This document shows, piece by piece, positions 21,282 through 31,858 of a stretch of DNA of 64,000 nucleotides. The stretch's first letter is position 1, and the number at the start of each line of letters is the position of its first letter. The stretch is from Trichormus sp. ATA11-4-KO1. Lineage in GTDB: Bacteria > Cyanobacteriota > Cyanobacteriia > Cyanobacteriales > Nostocaceae. The DNA is taken from contig JAHHIM010000001.1 in assembly GCA_019358915.1 (NCBI GenBank), positions 32,001 to 96,000 on the forward strand, written 5' to 3'. Both the position numbers and the translations under genes were made by a program. Under the pieces are notes generated by a model. It was not told the origin of the DNA. It ran no database searches and saw only the letters and a program-made list of their open reading frames with translations.

Positions 21282-22280
21282 ATGAAAATCTCCCAGGCAG
21301 CTGGAAATGTCTGCACGATTTCTGCTTCAACTACACAGAAGCAGAAAACAGAAAAATCAAGTGATAGTAAAATAATTTACTTAAAAGACACTGATTGTGT
21401 GATCCATTCACATGCTTCCTTATCCGCGTTTACTTCTTATAGAGTTGGTGGAGATGCTGAATGGTACGTTGCCCCTCGGAACTTAGAAGCGCTGCAAGCT
21501 AGTGTTGAATATGCAAAAGAACATGAGTTAACAGTAACAACACTGGGAGCAGGTTCTAACTTATTAGTGAGCGATCGCGGTATTCCCGGCCTAGTAATCT
21601 CCACTCGTCATCTGCGCCATAGCTATTTTGACCCCCAAACAGGTCAATTAACCGTCGCCGCAGGTGAATCAATTCCCAGTTTGGCATGGGAAGCAGCAAA
21701 ATTGGGTTGGCAAGGATTAGAGTGGGCTGTGGGTATCCCGGGGACTGTTGGGGGTGCCGTTGTCATGAATGCCGGGGCACATAATAGCTGTATCGCAGAT
21801 ATGTTAGTCAATGCCCAAGTACTGTCACCTGATGGTACATTAGAAACCCTAACCCCCGCCGAAATAGGGTACAGCTACCGAACTTCATCACTGCAAGGTA
21901 GCGAGCGCATAGTCACCCAAGCCACCTTCCAACTCCAACCAGGTATCGATCCGGCATTAGTGTTAGCAGTTACCAAGCAACACAAAAAACATCGGCTAAC
22001 CACCCAACCCTACAATTTTCCTAGCTGTGGCAGTGTATTCCGTAATCCCAAACCTTATGCTGCTGGATGGTTAATCGAACAAACAGGTCTAAAAGGCTAC
22101 CAAATTGGTGGAGCGCAAGTAGCATTATTACATGCTAATTTTATCGTCAATCGTGGTGGAGCAAAGGCTAGCGATATTTTCTGTCTCATTCGTTATATCC
22201 AGCAACAAGTACAAGAACGTTGGTCAATTTGCTTAGAACCAGAAGTCAAAATGATCGGCGAATTTCAAGCAGCTTGTTGA
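21282..22280 (+). CDS. murB: UDP-N-acetylenolpyruvoylglucosamine reductase
   Basis: [42 protein letters not shown]. Confidence 0.97.
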   Translation: MKISQAAGNVCTISASTTQKQKTEKSSDSKIIYLKDTDCVIHSHASLSAFTSYRVGGDAEWYVAPRNLEALQASVEYAKEHELTVTTLGAGSNLLVSDRGIPGLVISTRHLRHSYFDPQTGQLTVAAGESIPSLAWEAAKLGWQGLEWAVGIPGTVGGAVVMNAGAHNSCIADMLVNAQVLSPDGTLETLTPAEIGYSYRTSSLQGSERIVTQATFQLQPGIDPALVLAVTKQHKKHRLTTQPYNFPSCGSVFRNPKPYAAGWLIEQTGLKGYQIGGAQVALLHANFIVNRGGAKASDIFCLIRYIQQQVQERWSICLEPEVKMIGEFQAAC

Positions 22281-22435
22281 TGAAGTGGGGAGATGGGGGA
22301 CAAGGGAAATAACCAATGTCTAATGCCCCATGCCCCATGCCAGCATTAATTATTGGTAATAAAAGAGGCAAATTGCCGACCGCATCTATAATTGAATTTG
22401 ATTTTGTTATTCAACGCACACGCGGACAATCAGTT

Positions 22436-22783
22436 ATGACAGGAAAAGGACAGGGATTTGGTTTTGGTTTAGGCAAAATGAAAGAACTAGCCGACGCTTT
22501 CAAAAAAGCGCAGCAAGTTCAAGAAGGTGCAAAACGACTCCAAGAAGAATTGGAGCAAATGGAGATTCAAGGGGAGTCTGGCGGTGGTCTGGTTAAGGTG
22601 ATTGTTAGTGGTAACCAAGAACCCAAACGAGTGGAAATTTCTCCAGATGCCCTAGCACAAGGAGCAGAATTACTTTCTGATCTCGTGACAGTGGCAATGA
22701 AAGATGCCTACAACAAGTCCACAGCCACAATGCGGGAACGAATGGAAGATTTGACAAGTGGTCTGGAACTACCTGGATTTTAG
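22436..22783 (+). CDS. ybaB: YbaB/EbfC nucleoid-associated protein
   Basis: KKAQQVQ...[10 protein letters not shown]...DLVTVA; the 22316 start falls in repeat-derived sequence. Confidence 0.9.
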   Translation: MTGKGQGFGFGLGKMKELADAFKKAQQVQEGAKRLQEELEQMEIQGESGGGLVKVIVSGNQEPKRVEISPDALAQGAELLSDLVTVAMKDAYNKSTATMRERMEDLTSGLELPGF

Positions 22784-22850
22784 TCATTGGTCTTTCGACT
22801 GCGCTCAGGATAAATCATTAGTCATTAGTCATTAGTCATCAACCATTAGA
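22783..22850 (+). repeat. TCATTAG STRR with embedded TTCGACTGCGCTCAGGATAAA dispersed repeat
   Basis: gtcattggtc-tttcgactgcgctcaggataaa-tcattagtcattagtcattagtcat. Confidence 0.6.
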
Positions 22851-22899
22851 CTGATGACTGGAGACTTTTGACCTTTGATGGGTACTAAGTGAAATATTT

Positions 22900-23385
22900 A
22901 TGCCTTATAAGTTGCTGTTTGTCTGTCTAGGTAACATCTGTCGTTCACCATCGGCAGAAAACATTATGAATCATCTAATCGACCGGGCGGGTTTGAGTGA
23001 TTGCATCCTCTGTGACTCTGCTGGTACATCTAGCTATCACATTGGTAGCCCACCTGACCGACGCATGAGTACTGCTGCTACTGCAAAGTTGGGAATTAAA
23101 CTGCGTGGTCAGGCTCGCCAATTTCAAAAATTAGACTTTCAGGACTTTGATATGATTTTGGCAATGGATCAAGAGAATTATCAGAATATCCTCGCTCTTG
23201 ATCCCATTGGGCAATATCACGACAAAGTTTACTTAATGTGTAAATTTTGCTCTCAGCATACCTTGAAGGAAGTTCCAGATCCTTACTACGGTGGAGTAGA
23301 AGGCTTTAATCAGGTAATTGATTTACTTGTTGATGCTTGTGAAGGTTTGCTCGAATACATTACTAACCAGCAACTAAAAGCATAA
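22900..23385 (+). CDS. Low-molecular-weight protein-tyrosine phosphatase
   Basis: VCLGNICRS P-loop and DPYY. Confidence 0.95.
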   Translation: MPYKLLFVCLGNICRSPSAENIMNHLIDRAGLSDCILCDSAGTSSYHIGSPPDRRMSTAATAKLGIKLRGQARQFQKLDFQDFDMILAMDQENYQNILALDPIGQYHDKVYLMCKFCSQHTLKEVPDPYYGGVEGFNQVIDLLVDACEGLLEYITNQQLKA

Positions 23386-23388
23386 ATG

Positions 23389-24072
23389 CTATTCTACTAA
23401 GCCATGCTTAATAGCAAAACGCACCAGCTCCGCTCGGTTGCTGGTGGCAGTTTTTCTTAATAAACTACTAACGTATTTTTCTACTGTTCTCGGACTCAGG
23501 TGTAGTTGATTACCCATATCCGCATTAGAAAGTCCGTGAGTCAACAATTCTAAGACTTCCTGTTCTCTGGGAGTCAAGGAAGAGAACAAATGGGATTGCT
23601 GAATATGAGTAGACAGAGAGTTGTGGGTGTCTACCTCTTTTGTGGGGAGGAAACTGCCTAAATTCTCTTTGTGAGAGAAGCGATACTCAGATTGAATAAT
23701 TTGCGATCGCTCCAGAAGATTGCGAATCGCTGCTGCTAACTCTTCTAGTTCAAAAGGCTTAGGTAAGTATAAATCGCACCCTGATTGGTATCCCAAAATT
23801 CTCTCCTGGGTCTTAGTACGTGCTGTTAATAAAATGACAGGTAATAACCGGAATGCTGGTTGTTGACGTACCCGGCGGACCAGTTCATAACCGTTCATCC
23901 GTGGCATGACAATATCAGTGACTATCAAATCAGGATGGTAATTATCTACCATTGCCAAAGCTTCTTGACCGTCATTAGCCGTGACCACTGAGTAGCCAGA
24001 CAGTTCAAGATAATCACTAATAGATAGACGAGTGCCCAGGTCATCATCTACAACAAGAATCGTCAAGGGCAT
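23389..24072 (-). CDS. NarL/LuxR-family response regulator (Ycf29-like)
   Basis: REC domain (VVDDD, TDIVMP, KPF) plus LTPREQEVL...HLSPRTVEKYV. Confidence 0.92.
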   Translation of the reverse strand: MPLTILVVDDDLGTRLSISDYLELSGYSVVTANDGQEALAMVDNYHPDLIVTDIVMPRMNGYELVRRVRQQPAFRLLPVILLTARTKTQERILGYQSGCDLYLPKPFELEELAAAIRNLLERSQIIQSEYRFSHKENLGSFLPTKEVDTHNSLSTHIQQSHLFSSLTPREQEVLELLTHGLSNADMGNQLHLSPRTVEKYVSSLLRKTATSNRAELVRFAIKHGLVE

Positions 24073-24540
24073 GGATAATACACCCCTAGCATTTTTTTAC
24101 TCAGAAATTTGCTTCTACGAGCTACATCAGTGAACACAAGTAAAAATAGTGTTCTTCTGTTTCATACTATGACAGGATTACTAGCTAATGACTGCCTAAA
24201 GGTTGATTTATGAAGAAAGTCTTAAATCCTTAGGAATAGTTAAAGAAGTGTAACGCAATTAGATTGTTATTGCTGAAAAGACACAAATAGTTTTGTATTT
24301 CTTAACAATAAGCCAATATAATAGTGCATAGGTACTAAATAATCTCATGTAAATTAATATTTAATTTAAACTCATTATCCAGTAAATTTGGATCTGGAAA
24401 ACTTTTAATAGAGAACTTAGAAAAGCTAAATTAATAGAATAACGCTGATATCACATTTATAGAGGTATAACATCTCCGGAGAAATTCACAAGCTAGTCCA
24501 AAAAAATTTTGCAGCACATTTAAAGCACGAAAAATTTTCA

Positions 24541-25008
24541 ATGAGCGAAAAGAGCGAAAGTTACAAAGTTATTAGTGACAACCGTCAAGCCCGTTATTTG
24601 TATGAAATCCTGGAAACTTATGAAGCCGGAGTTGAATTAACAGGAACAGAGGTCAAGTCTATCCGCGCCGGTAAAGTCAATCTCCAAGACGGCTATGCTT
24701 TAATTCGTAATGGCGAAGCATGGCTAATTAACGTGCATATTTCTCCTTACAATGCTAGTGGGCAATATTTTAATCATGAACCGCGTCGCACGCGTAAGCT
24801 GTTGCTGCATCGCCAAGAAATCCGTAAGTTAATTGGCAAGGTAGAACAGGAGGGTTTAACATTAGTACCTTTGAAGATGTACCTCAAAAGAGGCTGGGTG
24901 AAAGTGAGTATAGCCCTTGGCAAAGGTAAGAAGCTCCATGATAAAAGAGAATCCCTAAAACGACGCCAAGATCAACGTGATATGCAACGGGCAATGAAAA
25001 ATTATTAA
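24541..25008 (+). CDS. smpB: SsrA-binding protein
   Basis: EAGVELTGTEVKSIR, RKLLLH, GKKLHDKR. Confidence 0.98.
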   Translation: MSEKSESYKVISDNRQARYLYEILETYEAGVELTGTEVKSIRAGKVNLQDGYALIRNGEAWLINVHISPYNASGQYFNHEPRRTRKLLLHRQEIRKLIGKVEQEGLTLVPLKMYLKRGWVKVSIALGKGKKLHDKRESLKRRQDQRDMQRAMKNY

Positions 25009-25185
25009 GCATGAGTATGGCCTCAATACCACACTAGAGTGAAAACCTGATGCAATTAGAAAGCAAATTGTATATCTTCAGTGTGAGTTGAGACAAAGCC
25101 TAGTTTATAGCTGGAGATTGATTTGGCTGGTTGTGAGACTCGATACAGTGGTGAGTAACGTTGGCAGGGATGAGGAATTTTTACT

Positions 25186-25461
25186 ATGACACGTAACTTG
25201 ACTAAGGTAGTTGGTGCTGGTTTTTTGACTTTGAGTATGGCAATGTTGCCTTTAACTCTACCTGTAAATGCTCAGGTGACTGACCCCAGAGTTGAAACTA
25301 CTCCAAGGACAACAGTTTACGATCGCCAAGACTTTGATTGGGGTTGGTTAGGATTAATTGGTTTATTTGGTCTAGCTGGTTTGGCAGGCAGAAAGCGTAG
25401 CGATGAACCAACTCGTTATCGCGACCCTAGTGCGCCAGGAGCCACTACCTACAGGGACTAA
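25186..25461 (+). CDS. Small secreted WGxxGxxG-CTERM protein
   Basis: Signal peptide then DWGWLGLIGLFGLAGLAGRKR. Confidence 0.85.
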   Translation: MTRNLTKVVGAGFLTLSMAMLPLTLPVNAQVTDPRVETTPRTTVYDRQDFDWGWLGLIGLFGLAGLAGRKRSDEPTRYRDPSAPGATTYRD

Positions 25462-25621
25462 ATGCAAGAGTTAGCACTCAAAGCAACCCCACTGACCAAT
25501 CAGCTAGTTTTGCAATTTTGATTCTCTATTCAGGAGCCGGAATTTATTATAGATTTATAGCTCCTGAATTTTGAATTTTTTGGCTTGGTACTTTTCTTAA
25601 TGAATCACTACCAGATTAATG

Positions 25622-27067
25622 TTAATTTGCCGCAGGTTCTGGATGAGGTGAATTGACTTGTTGAGTCTGACCTTGATTTAAGGGTTTCCAGTAGCTAGCA
25701 ATCAACGCCATCATGAGCCACCAAAGGCTATTGACTTCAGGGCGAAACCAGATTGTATCCACAGTACCGTGAGCCAGCATCCCCGACACAGTAGCGATCG
25801 CTCCAATTAACCAAAATCCTTCCGCACTTCTGGACTGGCGCAATCGTTGCATTTGCGCCCATGCATGATTGAATGTCACAATCATCAGCCAGAGAAAACA
25901 GGCTAAACCAACTAAACCAGTTTCTACAGCCACCTCCAAAAAAATCGAATAAGCACTCAAAGCAGTATAACGAGGACGTTGATAGAGTGGGTAGATTTTA
26001 TTAAAAGCATTGTGACCAGGGCCAATTCCAATAATCGGGCGATCGCGAATCATCTCGAAGACAGCATCCCAAACGTTTCGCCGAAAATTATTACTGCTAT
26101 CTTGGCGATCAGCAAAAATACTAAAAATCCGCAGACGTACTGGCTCTACAAATATTACTGCTAGTAACAAGAAACCAATCATACCTGCCAACATCATTGG
26201 CAGCGACCAAGTGCGCCAAAAAGGAGGCATACGCACACTCCACCAATAAATTAGCAAAGCGATCGCAGTGAAAACTGCCACCACCAGACCAATCCAACCA
26301 CCACGACTAAAAGTCAGAACCAAACAAGCCGTATTCACAATAAACATCGTTAACGCTAGAGCTTTTTTGATCCAGCTTTGCCAGGCAAAAATTGCCACCA
26401 AGCTTAGAGCTACCGCCGGCACCAGATATCCAGCCAATAAGTTGGGATTCCCCAAATAACTATAAACTCTGGTTGTCTTAGCCAGAGGAGATTGTGGGTC
26501 TACCCAAGTCGCCAGTGCTGTGGCACCAAAAAACCATTGCCGCAAGCCGTATATACTAATAATTAGCGATACATGCAGGTACAGGGTAATTATCCAAGAG
26601 CGCCAGCGAGGCGATCGCAGCACCCTAGCACAAAGGGCAAACAACAATAGATAAAGTGTCAATACTATCAAGTCTCTCAATGCTGCCTGTTTGACTGGTG
26701 ATAATGCTGTTGCGATTACAGCAATTCCCCAGTAAAGCAACACCAGTAGGTGAATTGGGGTAAACAACGGCGTATTTGCTGGTGCTGATTCATCAGATAA
26801 AGTCAACAGCAGCCAAAATCCTACACAAGCTACTAACAACACTCCTACTAAGGAGCTAGATACAAAAGGGGCAAGAGCATACACCAAGCTAAGTAAAGCA
26901 ACCGCTATTGCGTCTCCCCACTTTATGAGAACGCTACTTTGCCGCCAAGAGTGTAATAGACCAACCGAATAACGGTGTAGATAGCTGGTAGCAAGATATT
27001 CTTTGATCGGTAAATAAGATAAATTAAATCGTTGCCAAACTAAATTTATCAGCCAGACTAAATTCAT
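25622..27067 (-). CDS. ictB: IctB family / O-antigen-ligase-like membrane protein
   Basis: RVYSYLGNPNLLAGYL, LTFSRGGW, DSSNNFRRNVW, GIGPG. Confidence 0.9.
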   Translation of the reverse strand: MNLVWLINLVWQRFNLSYLPIKEYLATSYLHRYSVGLLHSWRQSSVLIKWGDAIAVALLSLVYALAPFVSSSLVGVLLVACVGFWLLLTLSDESAPANTPLFTPIHLLVLLYWGIAVIATALSPVKQAALRDLIVLTLYLLLFALCARVLRSPRWRSWIITLYLHVSLIISIYGLRQWFFGATALATWVDPQSPLAKTTRVYSYLGNPNLLAGYLVPAVALSLVAIFAWQSWIKKALALTMFIVNTACLVLTFSRGGWIGLVVAVFTAIALLIYWWSVRMPPFWRTWSLPMMLAGMIGFLLLAVIFVEPVRLRIFSIFADRQDSSNNFRRNVWDAVFEMIRDRPIIGIGPGHNAFNKIYPLYQRPRYTALSAYSIFLEVAVETGLVGLACFLWLMIVTFNHAWAQMQRLRQSRSAEGFWLIGAIATVSGMLAHGTVDTIWFRPEVNSLWWLMMALIASYWKPLNQGQTQQVNSPHPEPAAN

Positions 27068-27308
27068 AAAACACGCTGTGATCAACTAGCACGCCCGCGC
27101 GGAACCTGAATTTAATCATAATGCGGGTCACATAAATAATGTAATAACGCAGATTGTAAATTGGTAATTACTTTCTTGTTAAAAAGTATTTCTACTAGAT
27201 GCTAATTGAAGACAGCCATTTTGCACAAGCATCAAGACAGATAAAGCGCCCACAGCGATAGTTAATAAATGTTTATTTTCGAGACGCTGCGAGGTAGTAT
27301 GAGCCAAA

Positions 27309-28853
27309 TCAATCGCTAATTGCCTCTGAAGAATTAGCTAGTTGTAGTGGCAAAGAAAGTACATAGCGGCGTCCTGATTCTGATGAACCTTGAATTGCAA
27401 TCTGTCCACTATGCAATTCTGCTAGCTGACAGCTAAGCAACAAACCCAAGCTTTCGCGTGACAAATTACCATGTCCCTCCGCTAAATCTTTACCAGGACT
27501 CATAGTAAACATATCTGAGGGAGAATCAGTCAAATTTGGCGATTTGTCTAGTAATACTGGCATCCCTGGTTCCTCATAAGTGCCATAGGTTGCTCCTTCG
27601 CCTGTAAGTTCAAGCAATGATAAGGAGTTAAGGCGGAAATAAGGATCAACCTCAGTTATGCCATCTCCTAGCCAAGGATGAGAAACCCAAATAGTAATAT
27701 TCAGCGTATTTTCCTTGTAAGAAACATGAATCCGCACAATACTGCCTGTAGCAGACAGTTGAATTACGCTGAACACCAAGTGATATAGAATTTGCCGCAC
27801 TTTGTCTTTATCCAAAAGCCAAATGCGACTGTGCCCTGGTTCTATCGATAGGCGAATATCTTGCTCACGGCGGTTAGCTGCTTCTTCTAGGGTATTAATA
27901 GCTTGTTGACATAGCATTTCAATATCTACAGGAGCTAGATTTAACACAGATGTGTTTTCATCCATAGCTCCCAGTTCGGTAATTTCATTAACCAAAGAAA
28001 GTAAGTACCGACCACTATGTTGAATAATCTCCAGATACTCTCTCTGCTTCGTTGTCAAAGGCCCATAAATTTCGCGTCCTAAGACGCTAGCCATGCCTAA
28101 CACAGATGTTAACGGTGTACGCAACTCCTGAGTGAGATGTCCTAAAAGTTCTAGTTTCAGTTCCTTAGTAGAAACCGATTCTTTTCCTAAATTAGGTGGA
28201 GTGACTCTGATGCCACTTGTGGGTTCGTCATTGACAGATAAGAGAGGAGTGCCATTGAAAGTAGCTTTTTGTGGCTTTGCTTGTAGTAGCAATCGGTTGC
28301 GCTCAAATTCACTCATACTCCAACGAGCTATTATCTGTAAAAACTCAATGTCGCGAGTTGTGAAGTTACGCGGCACTAAATCCATCACTGACAATGCACC
28401 TAAACAATTTCCCGCAGCATCAATCAGTGGTGCTCCCAAGTAAGCACGAATGCCATAATCCTGCACTAATTTACTAGTAATAAGTACTGAGTCTGTCAGT
28501 TTACGAGTATCATTTATAGCGACAATTTGTAAATTTTCTACCACTTGGGTACAAAAGGATTCCCGGCGTGACAATTGACGATTTTGTGCCAGATGATTCA
28601 TTAGTCCCAGCCTAGATAAGCCTACTGCTGACTTAAACCAATGACGTTCTTGATCCACAAATCCCAAAATGGAAATTGGCGCTTCTAAAAAGTGAGCAGC
28701 AGTTTGAGTGGCTTCTTCAAAGACTGGAATCGTTTCTGGTTGCCGCAAACCTAATTCAGACAATGCTTCCAGGCGTTGTTGCTCCCTTGCTTCCTGAGAA
28801 ACCCAACCATCCTTGAAGCCAAATAATTTGTTTTCAGGCTCTACCATTGCCAC
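27309..28853 (-). CDS. GAF-domain histidine-kinase-like protein with degenerate H/N/G boxes
   Basis: GAF (EQQRLEAL...SFCTQVV...YLGAPL); HisKA reads TQELRTPL (Q for H); HATPase degenerate. Confidence 0.85.
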   Translation of the reverse strand: MAMVEPENKLFGFKDGWVSQEAREQQRLEALSELGLRQPETIPVFEEATQTAAHFLEAPISILGFVDQERHWFKSAVGLSRLGLMNHLAQNRQLSRRESFCTQVVENLQIVAINDTRKLTDSVLITSKLVQDYGIRAYLGAPLIDAAGNCLGALSVMDLVPRNFTTRDIEFLQIIARWSMSEFERNRLLLQAKPQKATFNGTPLLSVNDEPTSGIRVTPPNLGKESVSTKELKLELLGHLTQELRTPLTSVLGMASVLGREIYGPLTTKQREYLEIIQHSGRYLLSLVNEITELGAMDENTSVLNLAPVDIEMLCQQAINTLEEAANRREQDIRLSIEPGHSRIWLLDKDKVRQILYHLVFSVIQLSATGSIVRIHVSYKENTLNITIWVSHPWLGDGITEVDPYFRLNSLSLLELTGEGATYGTYEEPGMPVLLDKSPNLTDSPSDMFTMSPGKDLAEGHGNLSRESLGLLLSCQLAELHSGQIAIQGSSESGRRYVLSLPLQLANSSEAISD

Positions 28854-28969
28854 CGCTACCTTGATAATTGCTCGATCTTGTAATTTATATAACCACTGTT
28901 TCCGGGTTATGGTTTTCTATTTTTAAGCATTCCCCAAATTGACTGCTGACAAACAAGATGGGAGGATAA

Positions 28970-29012
28970 ATTTTACAACTCTTTCATAAACAAAGTGTGT
29001 AATCACGCTTAC
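28970..29012 (-). promoter_or_regulatory. Putative NtcA-activated promoter
   Basis: GTA-N8-TAC at 28999-29012, then TAAAAT 23 nt downstream on the minus strand, facing the GAF kinase gene. Confidence 0.45.
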
Positions 29013-29520
29013 TTAAGGTTTTGTTGCCAGACAGCGTTAGTTTCAGATTCGATGAGGGTAATATAACGCTAAGAATCAAATAAAAAACTGACCTAATTTT
29101 TAACTTAGATTTCCTATCATATAGCCGTAAATCTGGCGCTTACATAAGATAAGTTCTGTCAGTGTTCAGGTAACTGTTGAGAACTATTTTTTACTTGCGA
29201 ACATATGTTGTCAAAATAGACAGCAATTTTAAATGCTTTTCACCACGAGTATCAAATTTAAATTAAAAGATGTGCTTAATTTATGAAAATTCCGATATAG
29301 CTCCTATTTTTTCAGTATTTTTACATATAGCTTGTTAATTAAAGTATTTTTTATACAAAAAATACTTGTGGTTCTATAAACAATTACTTGCTTGATTCCA
29401 TGAGATTTATCAAATAAATAAATATCTTATTCAGACTTTACTATTAATTCATCAGTAGAGGCTTGTATTGATAGGCAAAAATTTGCTATGTGTTTCTCAG
29501 GATAACTAAATATAAATAAA

Positions 29521-30678
29521 ATGAGTCTTAAAATTCCTTTTGTAGACCTTAATTTACAACATCAGCCAATTCAACATCAATTACAACAGGCAATCCAGTC
29601 TGTATTGGACCAGGGAGATTTTATTTTAGGGAAAGCACTGGCAAAGTTTGAAACAGCTTTTGCAGCAGCATCTGGCGCAGAATATGGTGTAGGTGTTGCA
29701 TCAGGAACCGATGCGATCGCCCTCGGTTTGCAAGCGTGTAATATTGGTGCTGGAGATGAGGTAATTTTACCAGCTAATACCTTTGTGGCTACGTTGATTG
29801 GAGTTTTACGGGCTGGAGCCAAACCCATTCTCGTGGACTGCGATCCCCAAACCGCTTTAATTGACTTGGAAGCAGCAGCAAAAGTGATTACGCCATCAAC
29901 CAAGGCAATTATTCCCGTACATCTTTATGGTCAAATGGTATCCCCAAGGCAGCTATTAGACTTGGCTGATACTTACAAACTACTAATTTTTGAAGATGCA
30001 GCACAAGCACATTTAGCCGAAAGAGAAGGATATCGCGCAGGTTCTGTGGGGACAGCAGCAGCTTTTAGTTTCTATCCCAGCAAAAATTTGGGAGCATTTG
30101 GGGATGGGGGAATGCTGGTGACACAAGATGAGGATGTAGCCCAAAAGATGGAGCGCTTGCGAAATTATGGTGCATCTCAAAAATACTTTCATGTGGAATC
30201 AGGGACGAATAGTCGCTTAGATACTCTGCAAGCAGCAGTGTTGCTAGAAAAACTACCACATTTACCCCAGTGGAATCGCGATCGCTTAAAGATTGCTCAA
30301 CAGTATGATCTGGAACTAGCACCATTAGCCTCTGCGGGAATTATCCCCATGCAAAATCAAAGTGGTACAGGACACGTGTATCACCTATATGTGATCAAAA
30401 TTGATGATACTTGTGCCCTAGAACGCCAGCAAATCCAGGATAAACTGTCAGCATCGGGAATTCAAACTGGTATTCACTACCCAATTCCCTGCCATTTGCA
30501 ACCAGCATTCACCAACTTAGGCTATCAACTGGGAGACTTTCCCCAAGCAGAACAGCTAGCAAAGCAAATATTATCGTTACCCATGTACCCTGGTTTGAGC
30601 CATAGCCAAATTCAACAAGTTGTTACCGCGATCGCCTCAGCTCTCAGTGGTGAACAACAACAGTTATTGTGCATTTAA
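29521..30678 (+). CDS. DegT/DnrJ/EryC1/StrS sugar aminotransferase
   Basis: SGTDA, EDAAQA, SFYPSKNLGAFGDGG, NSRLD, HLYV. Confidence 0.95.
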   Translation: MSLKIPFVDLNLQHQPIQHQLQQAIQSVLDQGDFILGKALAKFETAFAAASGAEYGVGVASGTDAIALGLQACNIGAGDEVILPANTFVATLIGVLRAGAKPILVDCDPQTALIDLEAAAKVITPSTKAIIPVHLYGQMVSPRQLLDLADTYKLLIFEDAAQAHLAEREGYRAGSVGTAAAFSFYPSKNLGAFGDGGMLVTQDEDVAQKMERLRNYGASQKYFHVESGTNSRLDTLQAAVLLEKLPHLPQWNRDRLKIAQQYDLELAPLASAGIIPMQNQSGTGHVYHLYVIKIDDTCALERQQIQDKLSASGIQTGIHYPIPCHLQPAFTNLGYQLGDFPQAEQLAKQILSLPMYPGLSHSQIQQVVTAIASALSGEQQQLLCI

Positions 30679-30761
30679 TTTACAGTATTTAAGTAGACAA
30701 ATAACTAACATCGGTTCATGGAAACACTTTGTAAATTATCAATGGGAAATTATTTAAAATC

Positions 30762-31661
30762 ATGGCACTTCAGCAACAGATTAAACACAGAAACTCAGTA
30801 CAATTACTCAGCGTAGGGATTTTTGGTATTTTAGTACTGCTTTATGCTCCTGTGTTATTACATTGGTTAGATGGTTGGCTTAACAAAAGCATCAGTATAG
30901 AACACGAATATTTTAGTCACGGTATTATTGGTCTACCATTTGCCGCTTACCTCATTTGGATGAATCGGAAAAAGTGGCGACGTCTGCAAGATACAGCCCA
31001 TCCTTTGGGTGCTGTTTTGCTTGTAACAGGGGGAATACTTTATCTTAGCGGTATTCCAGAGTGGGTCAATGTGTCCTTTCCCGCTATCTTGGCAGGGTTG
31101 TGCTTGTGGTTTAAGGGCATAGCAGGCTTCCGATTACAAGCATTTCCTCTGCTATTAATATTTTTAGCAACTCCAACAGCAATACCTTACCTCCTCGTTC
31201 CCTACACCTTGCCTCTGCAAAGCTTCATTGCAGGTACAGCAGGCTTTATCCTCAATCAAGTGGGGATGGAAGTAATTGTTGATGAGATAAACATATACGT
31301 AGGTGGCAAGATTGTGGAAGTTGCACCCTATTGTGCAGGGCTAAAAATGTTATTTACCACTCTTTATGTCAGCTTAATGCTGCTTTATTGGACAGGTGCA
31401 TTATCCTCACGCCGCACTACCACTTGGTTTTTATCTTGTGCGATCTTTATTAGCATTACTGCCAATATTATTCGTAACACTTTACTCAGCTTCTTTCATG
31501 GCACAGGACGCGAGGCAGCTTTTAAATGGCTGCATGACAGTTGGGGCGGCGACCTCTACTCTGCTTGTATGCTGCTGTTATTAATTCCTTTGCTGAATTG
31601 GATGAATGATTATTTTTCCACAGATGTAGAACCTCAGCAACAAGGAGAAACCCAAAGTTAA
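30762..31661 (+). CDS. crtB: Cyanoexosortase B
   Basis: EYFSHG, VAPYCAGL (catalytic Cys), NIIR, H; multi-TM exosortase layout (not phytoene synthase). Confidence 0.88.
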   Translation: MALQQQIKHRNSVQLLSVGIFGILVLLYAPVLLHWLDGWLNKSISIEHEYFSHGIIGLPFAAYLIWMNRKKWRRLQDTAHPLGAVLLVTGGILYLSGIPEWVNVSFPAILAGLCLWFKGIAGFRLQAFPLLLIFLATPTAIPYLLVPYTLPLQSFIAGTAGFILNQVGMEVIVDEINIYVGGKIVEVAPYCAGLKMLFTTLYVSLMLLYWTGALSSRRTTTWFLSCAIFISITANIIRNTLLSFFHGTGREAAFKWLHDSWGGDLYSACMLLLLIPLLNWMNDYFSTDVEPQQQGETQS

Positions 31662-31858
31662 AAAGTATGCAGAATAGTGGAGAGATAGTGAAAAAGCAAA
31701 GAGGAAAGACTCGCAAACACTTCCCCTTTACTCACCATTTTTAAATACATTTCCCCTGAGTTTCTAATCTGATACTCAGGGGAAGAAATGTAAAATTTAC
31801 TGAACTTACGTGTCATTTTTTCAAGTAGAATTTTGCGTAAATACAGCAATTTTTACTA

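Noticed and set aside
24475..24480. TCCGGA (DIF1-like heterocyst promoter motif) upstream of smpB
   Set aside because: A single hexamer without a convincing downstream partner motif is expected by chance.
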